Shown: in pieces, positions 54,214 through 64,000 of the stretch
Numbering within the stretch: position 1 is the stretch's first letter
How the letters are laid out: the number at the start of each line of letters is the position of its first letter
Assembly: GCF_006345805.1 (NCBI RefSeq)
Contig: NC_043004.1
Location: 21,886,001-21,950,000, forward strand
Origin: Octopus sinensis
Lineage: Eukaryota
DNA length: 64,000 bases
Reading direction: 5' to 3'
Notes under the pieces: generated by a model
The model's input: only the letters and a program-made list of their open reading frames with translations
What the model was told of the DNA's origin: nothing
Database searches by the model: none
Translations under genes and position numbers: made by a program

Positions 54214-57200
54214 AACACACGAAAACGTATATAGGCATACTCAGACATATATTTACTGTTACATCTTACGTTAAATCTCCAGTCCAATGTTCTGTTTCCC
54301 AGCAAGATCTGGACATTCGGAATATTGTTTGTTTTCTCTTGACCCAGAGCATTCTTGTCTTTCAGAATGTAATTATACTGTATGACGATAAATTATGCAT
54401 AATTTTAAGGTGTCTTAATAGAGCAGAGCTTCATCTTCAAATACGCCTTCTGCTTAGATTACTGTTCTCTCTGTAGCAATAAGAGTTACTTCATTCACAT
54501 ATATTTCCAATTTAAAGACACTATCAGAGTTAATTTCAAGGTGTGACAATGAAAATATATCCATTTTCTCATGCTCGAAGGGAATCGCAGAAATAATGCA
54601 AATTTGGTACGAGATAAATTATTAGAATAATCTTCACTCCAAGCCAAAGGTAAATAAATGCCCCATGAATATAGCCAACAAATTCAAATGCAAATGGGAC
54701 GAAATCACAGGAAACAAATATTTTCCATAGTCAGTTGTTTGTTGTTGTTACGTTAGGCACGCAATTGGTATTAGTTTTTAAGAATGTTTTTCTACAGAAT
54801 ACTAAAGGTGAAAGAAAGTAAATCTAGTAAGTATGAGAATGATTTCATGTGAAGAAAATGTATAAGTGTGATTAGTAGTAAATTTGGTAGTGTAGTTGTA
54901 TTAGTATCACTGGTAAAGATGGTGGCAGACGTGTAGAGATCAGATATCTATTTGCCGGTTCGGCAAAACTTTGCTTCGATAATAAGTTTCAATTTATTGT
55001 CGAAGCATTGGGTCAAAGTAAATTTATGTCCAAGACTGTGAAGTACGAGCCTTGGGTTAGTGGGAGTGTTCCAATGACGCGGAGATTAACATAATTTATG
55101 CAAGGAAAAATGTTGCAGTGATAGTGTGTATGGCATATATCCAAACGAAGGTTAATAAGATACTTTTTTTAGAGCGGGGATAATACAAATTGCGGTGCTA
55201 GCTGTGAATGTTTTTGGCGAAGTAGGTCATTAAGATGCTGCATAATTTCCTTTATGTACAAGTTGATCATATCCCTTAGGTAGATATTAAAGCCGGGTGA
55301 GCGAAACCGTCTGAAAGATTGGTGGTCGGAGGTTTACCGTCGATTTTAGTCAGCGGTTAAGGAAGAGACTACTCAAATCCGAATCTAACATATTTAATGT
55401 TACATGATGCTACAAGGAAACGACTCATATATTTATATTTAAAGTGTGTTGAGATTGTTTCTTCTTCGTATGCAAAATGCTGTAGACCAACTGAAAATTA
55501 TTGATGGATTTTTTCTGAGCAGTATTTTTTCGTTTTCTAAATTTTTTTTGTTGACAATACAATATGGGATTGCAGAAAATATATATTATGTCGCGTAGTA
55601 TAACCTGGAGTGAAAAACAATAAATTTCCATGACAAATATAGCATAAAGAAAAGACTTCTGAAACCTGACATTTCATGTATACAACTAAATAATATAACA
55701 TATTCAGTGCAGTCACTTTCAACACAATATTTGAAGCCATATTTACACCTGAGAAGTAACATATTAATTATGCACACCTGTTGACTCAAATCGAGACATC
55801 TGAAATACAAGTGCGTACTTCCATAGATTGATCGATCAGTAGTCTAAGTGATAACCTTCAGACACCATTCGCTAAAACTTCGAAATTGCTTTTTTCCGTA
55901 CATGTCTGTTACAATAGAAATTTTACGCTCAAAGCTTTTTTTCGTTAAAATGTATTGAGTTACATGACTACGATGAGATAAGTTAGTGACTTAAGCAATT
56001 TATCTTTCCAGAGAAGAAAAGATTAAAGTTACAGACGTTTGAGAGAAGGTGAAAACCATAATGCCGATGAGCTGAAATATATCAATTGGCTCGGCGTTTG
56101 AAATGGCCTCTCCATAGACTCTGATTGATATTTGAAACTTAAGAAAAATAATGCAAAGTGCTACATTAACAAAAATTTGGAAATAACTTATATAAAATAA
56201 CTTTAATAAAGGGCTATTTAGTTCTAAAGACAGAATCTCTATGCAATCTTCCGACCTGCTAAACATATCATTCAAGCTTCCACATATGCTTGATTATCGT
56301 CTTTCATAAGGAAATACATATGTAATTATGTAATTCAAGATATATTAGCTAGGAGGAAACGAAAAGCAAACGGAAGGTTATTGGAATGATAAATGGCTGA
56401 AGCACATTCGATGTCTCCCTGATGATGCCTGAAATGGAGTTAAACATTCATAAAACCAATTCTAACAAGGAATACGCACCTGTAACAAATATTTTGATGA
56501 TCATAAATGTTTTAATGACACCCGTATTTGAAAATGTAACTAAATTTTAAAGAAACAAGATACAACAATATGTCAACGTGGTTTCGGGATGATGTATTTT
56601 TGCGGTAAATATAACTTTTGTATTTTAATGTTGGTTTCAAATTTTGGCACAAATCTAGCATTTACGGGAGATTGGGTAAGTCGATTACATTGAACCCAGC
56701 ATTTAAGAGATACTGCTTTTATCGAGCTTGAAAAGATGAAAGGTAAAGTCAACCTTGGCGGAATCTGAACTCAGAACATAAAGATGGGCGAAATGGTGCT
56801 AAGCATTTGCTCGTTGCGGTAATGATCCTATCAGCTCACCGCTCTATCTCAATAAGTAAGATTGATGTATTGTATTGTGATAAGACTGCAACCTGGCAAA
56901 AATTTAGCATGCCGGGCAAAAAGCTTAGCCACATTTCGTCCTTCTTTACGATCTGAGTTCAAATTCCGCCGAAGTCGATTTTGCTTTTTCATCCTTTCCG
57001 AGTAGATAAAATAAGTTTACGTTTACGTAATACTACATATCCAAGGTTTAAATATAGACGTTCAGACGTCAAACGTATTGTTATATACATATAGATACAT
57101 ACTGAGATTCTCAGCTAGCCCGACGTCTTTATAATAAACTGTTAGCGTATTAGAAATACTGCAGAATATCCTTCAAATTACAATGTTGTCTTTTTGCAAG

Positions 57201-57300
57201 AAAATTGTATAGCGTGGTATTATTACTGGTCTGTTCGATCAGGACTGACTGGTAGGTGGAAGAACCAGTAACAACAACAATATTTTCCATAGTCTATATT

Positions 57301-57543
57301 TATTTCTTCATTGGTGATGGTGATGTTTAGCTCCACAAGGAGCTAAACACAGAATGGATAAACAAGGACAAAGTGATAAATCGATAACATCGACCCCAGT
57401 GCGTAACTGGTACTTATTTACTCGACCCCGAAAGGATGAAAGACAAAGTCAATCAGCGAAATTTCAACTCAGAACGTAACAGCAGACAAAATACCCCTAA
57501 GCATTTCGCCCGGCGTGCTAACGTTTCTGTCAGCTCACCGCCC
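57301..57543 (-). mobile_element. Tailed tRNA-SINE with 16-bp TSD
   Basis: TTCCATA(G/A)TCTATATT at 57285-57300 and 57544-57559. There is a short insertion in the tail. Confidence 0.85.
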
Positions 57544-60227
57544 TTCCATAATCTATATTGATTAGTAATATATTTGTGACAGTATTAGGGATGGATTAAA
57601 TTTTCTATAATTTATTTAAAACAGTTTAAGAATAAAATGTTAGCAGACCTATAGTTTTACGAATATTGACGGACGTATGCAATTAATGTACTCAAACGAA
57701 TCTCCTTGTTGGTCGGTGATATTACACACGCAATATGTTGGTGTTGAAGAGAAATTTTAAAGATACAAACTATTGAAAATAAACACTCGAAAATTAATCA
57801 ATTTCAAAGTTTTAATATAATTTAGCGATAGTGACTAACGAGAGTGGGGGCAAAGCAGGCAGAAAAGAAATAAACCTGAGACAAGACGAAATAAATAAAT
57901 AAAACAGGAGAGCCAAACACTTAAGTTATCGCCTGTGTGATTCTAGCTTAATATATTTTGTTGAAAATTTATAACTCCAGATTATAATAAATATGCTGTT
58001 ACAATGTTAAGAAAGCGTTCTACCAAATACAAAGTTATTTTCTTCTCAACTCCATCACCTATTTGCATTGAAGTTTAGTGAATTTATTTTTTATCACTTT
58101 CGTTTTTTTCAACTCTTTTTCTGCACCTCATTTATTTTAATAATGCTAATTTTTTTTCGCAGCTCTCTTAGCGTAAATAAGCATGTGACTACAGCCATTA
58201 ACTTTAAAGTTATAATCAAATCTTTTGTACAGCTATTCTCAATAATGTGTATACCGAGACCGTATTTGCTATTCTATTTCCTTAACTTCCAAGATACATG
58301 GTTAAATTACTCACAGACTATCAAACACACTTACGTACTCACACGATAGAATTTTGTTTTGAATAATAACGCTATTTTCAACTACAGTTGCTAAATAAAA
58401 CGAATGTTTTAAGTATCTAAACTCGGAACAAAAAGTGTTAACTATTTGTTTCTAACATTTTCACGAGGACACATTTTTCGGGAGGGTAGGTGCGTAGACG
58501 ATTATTTCGACACTAGTATTTAAAAAATCCTTTATTTAACCAGCCCAACCTGATGATGCGAGAAGTTGATTTTACTAGGATTTCCACTGAAGTCCTTACT
58601 AAATTAAGCAAAGCATTTTGAAAAATTCTCTGAGGATTCAGCAAATGAATTGGTCTCTTTGAATTCCTTAATTCATTAGATAATTGTTAGAATGTATTTT
58701 GACAGGCATTCAGTTATGATATATTCTAGGACCTCCTCAGCTAATGGTATTGAGATCCTTTTCACAAGGACTTTGAGATGAAACTGAGAGGCGGAAGTTT
58801 TTCTTAGTAAATTACTCTTTGTTTTAATACTTACAACAAGGTGGACGTGTTAAAGGGGCTGATGTGTTGCATCTACCACCCTCCAACGAAGAGGTGTTTA
58901 ATTCAACGCTATAGAAAAGGACATTTGGCAAGGCTTTGCAGCAGTGAGAATGGAGCAGATCCAAAATCACGTAAAACGAAAACATCTTAGCAATCCATGC
59001 GCGCATATAAATATGAATGTAACGATATGTGTATGCATGTATGCATGTATGTATGTATGTATTATGTGTGTGTGTGTGTGTGTGTGTGTATTTGTGTGTG
59101 TGGTGAATGCAAGAGACACCGCTTAGTGGCTATTGCGGACAGTAATAAATTTAACATTCAACATCAATTTCTGCATGATTTTTGTTCCAATTCTGGTCTG
59201 TTGAATCTGCTAACACCTGCTCGGACACGGCTTCAATGTGAATTCGATATAATCTTGATCCTTTTGCTGATGGTTAGACACATTATGTGCTTAACGATTT
59301 GTAGCCTTTATTATAATTATATATAACTTTTTTATAAATTTAGGTTATACATACTAATACTGAATGACAATACAATTAACCATAATAGCAAAGATAAATT
59401 AAACAACATCGAAAATGACGGTTGATTTTCTTTTTGTTTTCCCATATTTTTCTTTCATTCCAAATTACTCCTTCACCGCACTTCTTGTTTTGCTTTTTAC
59501 AAAGAAATCAAGGTGTACTATCAACTGAAAGGACAATTCCTATGAACTTCATGGGCATGAGGTATATGCTTCTCAAAGAACTTTCATTGCATGTACCTTT
59601 AGCGTAAGATGCCATTATGAGCGTTATATCTATTAGGAGAAAACGTGATCATTTTAGTACATGAATGGTGATGTATTTTCAACTTAGAAAATCGATGAAT
59701 GCTGACTGACGAAATTTTACTTCATAATCTGGGAAACCAGAAAAGACATTACAGTCTAACGATTGTAAGACAGTGTTAACTTACAGTCAGCTAAAAACAA
59801 AAGCTATGCATTGATGATGCATGGCTTAAATTTCTATGTCACAGATTCGTTTTCTACTCCAGGTGTAAATTATACTTCAAATGTTTCAATGATTCCCTTG
59901 CGAAATATATTAACATTAAATGCTGTCTCTTCATTGTTTGAAAGCGTGTTATACGAACAAAGATGATGACTTATTCAAAATACATTTAGTTAAGATTTCA
60001 ATTTGCAGACAAACAGTTCAGTAAAGTTCTATATTTAGCGGCAAAAATATAAATAGATAAAATTAATTTAATCTTAATCGTGTCGGATATTGCTATTGAG
60101 ATGCATTCGAATTGTTATATTTGTAAAGATTGGTGATCTGGTTTAAAAACTAATCTTTTTGAATCGCCTCAGCACAAAATGAAATCTGTGCATAAAAAAT
60201 TATTTATAGGACATATATTCTGTTTAT

Positions 60228-60261
<34 letters not shown>

Positions 60262-61214
60262 CAACAACAACAATAGCAACAGCATTAAAGCTCATAATGA
60301 TAAACTATATATATATTTGTGTATGTGTTTGTGCACGTGACTGTGTGTGGGTGTCTAGTTTAATGCACAGAAGCCATGTTTAGAATTGACCATATATATT
60401 TACAAAAGCTTCTCAAATAGACTGATCCATTTAATCGATTTATTATTTTTTTTCTTCCTTGCATATTACCTAGATGAAATATGAAAGCTATTTTCGCGAC
60501 TAAATATTTTAAGACGGTACGATTATTGTATTAGATATAGTTCCGTGTACAGTCATGTCTTTAGTTTCGACAAGTTGCAAATTTTAAATGTCAATTTCTG
60601 TCTCCCTGTAATTGTCTTTGCAGACAGATTGAATATTCGCTATTCTATTATTGATAAACTACATTACGCTAACACTAGCGTCAAAATTCCACACGTTCAA
60701 GTTTATCTGGTCTTACCCAGTTTTTAAGCTTTTCACACGGTTATTTGAAAACAGCAAATAGAATATTTGATAGATTCTACCATCTATCTGTATTGGACTG
60801 ATATAGTTACTTTTAATTTAATGTAGACAACAAATTCATTTTATATCAAAGGGTTTCTTTCTCATGTTAATATTTAGTTCATTTAGAATTCGTGTAACAT
60901 CTATAAAAGTATAAATGTATAACAGTTGGACACGTTTTATATATGTTAATAAATAAAAGACACACACACCTACACCCACACATACATACACACACGTGCG
61001 CTCATACACACACTCACATACATTTGAATTTGTCGTGTGTTTCTGTTTGTGCTTAGTTTGCTTGCATGTGTGTGTATATCTATGTAAAAGGAAATGAATT
61101 ATACCAGGAGACATAAAACAGTAAAGATAGATTTATATGATTCTATTAATAAAGTCTGTTTCTGTCTAGTGTCAAGTACCTATTCAATTATTTTCACTAT
61201 TTTCTAAGTAAATT

Positions 61215-61660
61215 GACGATGAGATATGTTTTGTCAAATTGCAGGCTAGCACTAGACAGATACACATTGCGTCACAATCAAGAGCTTGGTGTCACAAGCG
61301 CAGCACTCATGGAGAATATCGAGGGATATAATAGGGGAGAGTACCCAAAAGTGGAAAAGTGCGGGAGGATATACTTTCTGAAGGAGGAGAAAGGATATAA
61401 GGGGCACTAGGAGCTGGCGGCGGATTTGGAAAGACTGTTAATATTTCCACTCATAAAAAAAAAGTGCGGACTTAACCCTATGGAACACAGAACGGAAAAT
61501 TGGAATTTTGCTAGAGCTGACAGTGCCACGGGAAGAGAACATTGCTAATGCAGAGCAACGGAAGGAGAAGAGGTATGAGAGATATCCAAACTACAGTTAC
61601 AGTGGAGAAGGCTAGCCACCGGATTTGGTTAAAAAGAGACGATGAGCAATGACTAGAGAA
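61215..61660 (+). mobile_element. Decayed HERO-like RLE non-LTR retrotransposon 3' fragment
   Basis: Frames give YVLSNCRLALDRYTLRHNQ, ELAADLERLLIFP, ADLTLWNTERKIGILLELTVPREENIANAEQRKEKRYE and EKASHRIWLKRDD. These match the HERO-type pattern RPD..LW...ELTVPWEE...A..RK..KY...AE.AS.W.W.KR. Confidence 0.75.
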
Positions 61661-64000
61661 ATAGTAAGCTTTATTTAATAACCAGTTGATCTAGCAAGCG
61701 GGGTTTCATATCAGTGAGAGAGCCGGTGCGCATTGATGCCGTCGAGAGGTAGGTCCCGAGACGGCGCACATTCTCTCTTGATAGCCCCGTACACTTGCTG
61801 GCTTCCGGTATGCGGAGTTCTTGACTGGTAGCATATTTCAGACTGATCGACGTAATTTGAGGAAGATTGTTCTTTGCTGCAGATGTAGTTACCTCACAGA
61901 GACTCTATCTGTCGTTGGCTTATTGTCTCTAAAGTTTTTATAGATGGCGACAATAGGAAGTAAAATAGACTACGTTCACCTTGTCCTTTCACAGAATTCT
62001 ATTTCACCTCTCTTTTCCTCATACGTTTTCCTACACTCCGAATTGTAAAACATCTTACTCTGTTGCATCCCCTACATAACCTCCCCCCTCTCTCTCTCTC
62101 TCTCTATATATATATTATATATATATATATATATCTGTCTGTCTTTCTCTCTCACGCTTTCTTTTGATCTCTCTTTCTCTCGCTCTGTCTGTCTGTCTGT
62201 TTGTCTCTCTCTCTCTCCGAATAAGAAACAGCTGAGTCTCGCAAACTTTGGATTTTACATTCCTCAAGGGAAATTAAATCTAATACATCATATAGATAAA
62301 GTTTTGCTGAAGCAAATCACTCACAATTTCTTCGGATTCCGGATCGTACCATATCTTCAGAGAGCGATACCTTCAACCAATTCAACTAATAACGTAGTTT
62401 AGTGAAAAAAATAGGAAATGATAGTGACTGAAACTGTTAACTAAACATTCTCCCGAAATCTTATGCATGAATAGTTTAATACCAAAATTATATGATATTT
62501 GAATTCTCTAATGTTTACCACAGATGTAATAGATGAAGATAGAAATTTCACGTCTTAATATTTAGGACACAATTGCGAACACGAGACACTGAATCTGTGA
62601 TAGAGATGTATAGGTTAATACATGATGATGTCAGTGTATATATTCATTCGTCTAATGAACCAGAATATACACTAGCAATGATCACGTCACTGTTTATAAC
62701 ATATACACATATCTTTCTAATAATCAATCAATACATTTACCATGGCTTTCATATTTAGTATGAAGCGACTACAAAGTACAACTTAGTAAAGCTTGGAAAA
62801 TTATTTCACTGGCTGCAGTGGAATTGAATGGTAATCGAATATTTCTTGAAATGGCCTGCAACATAAGACTAAAATCCTATGTTTTTATCCTTAATTAGAA
62901 ATATTTAATCAATATTCATAATGTAAAAATACAAACAAAGAAAAACAATTACAAATAACCTTTACGATTTTAATTCAATTTATTTTGTCGTAGATGCATT
63001 ATCAGACATTTATTATATTCTTTTATGCAAACATTTAGTCAATATTTAACAACACGGCTAATGTCGATAACTCATCGTCAATATTGCACAGAATTTAATG
63101 AAACAAAGAATAAAGATACGAAAAGACAAAAGAGAATTGTAAACACGGAGAAATAAAATTTATCTGAGAAGATGAGAAAATATTTAGAATATTTTTTAAA
63201 AATACTTAAATATGCATGCGAATTTCAGTCTACTTTGAGGGCATCGTAGGGTGACGTGAACAGGTTTGTGTGTGTATATCTGTGCATTTCGGTACACGTT
63301 TATATTTGAAGGTGATATTAGCAAGGGTGATTCTGCATTCTTGCAATACTTCCTTATGCATAGAACATTGCCAAGGAAAAATACACACGAAACAAAACAA
63401 TGCTCTCTGCATCACGAAGTTTAAAATGAGCGAAAAGTAGTCTAAAGGGGAATCTTTGCCTTTCATTCTCTCTCTCTCTCTCGCTCGATATATATATATA
63501 TATAGTTGTGTGTGCTTATGGGAACTTATATTTTGCATAATCTGTATCTAGAACATATATGTATATATATATGCACACACACACAGACATATATATATAT
63601 GCGTGTGTAAGTACATTTATATATATACGTGGGCATGTATTTCCGTACTTATTTATTTGTATGCGTATCTATATGTTTGTGTATTTGTATGTATGTTTGT
63701 ATTTATGTAGATATACATATAATTTTATGTGTGCGTTTTTATATATGTATGTTTCGCGAGCTGAACGAAGTATCTAACTTTCGTTAAATACGTATTGGAA
63801 CGCCAATGATTTCACTCTCTATACAACTATCTATTTTTCCTTTTCTCTTTCTAATTTTCCGTTTCTATTTCTTTTATTTCTTTTCCTTCTTTTCCCACTT
63901 TTTTCTTTCTCCTTCTCCCTGTTGTTGTTCGCTTTTTTTCCTTTTCTTTCTTTCGCCTGTAAAAACTACTTTTATAAACATACGCAAGGAGTTTTTGCGC

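Noticed and set aside
47838-56450. Other CTGATGA...GAAA pairs (near 47838 and 56421)
   Set aside because: Stems I to III cannot be formed, so these are not hammerheads.

Overview
Eukaryotic, AT-rich, microsatellite-dense genomic DNA. The SINE, LINE and microsatellite repertoire looks like an octopod (Octopus-type) genome, which is an inference from the repeat content. The only host coding sequence I can support is the first coding exon (1715-2387, +) of a natriuretic-peptide-receptor-like gene (signal peptide plus ANF-receptor extracellular domain). I found no second exon, so the remaining ~61.6 kb is most simply one giant first intron. That intron holds a Tx1/L1-clade LINE 3' end inside a (GATA)n array, a Dong/R4 RLE LINE inside (TAA)n with a fold-back 5' junction, RTE and HERO-like remnants, mariner, maT and pogo remnants, a Helitron, palindromic MITE-like elements, tRNA-derived SINEs and hammerhead-ribozyme-like motifs. 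The most interesting signal is a 41-nt 3' tail shared (34/41 ungapped) between the Tx1-like LINE and one SINE subfamily, suggesting a SINE-LINE partnership. Most long ORFs in the supplied track are microsatellite translation artefacts.
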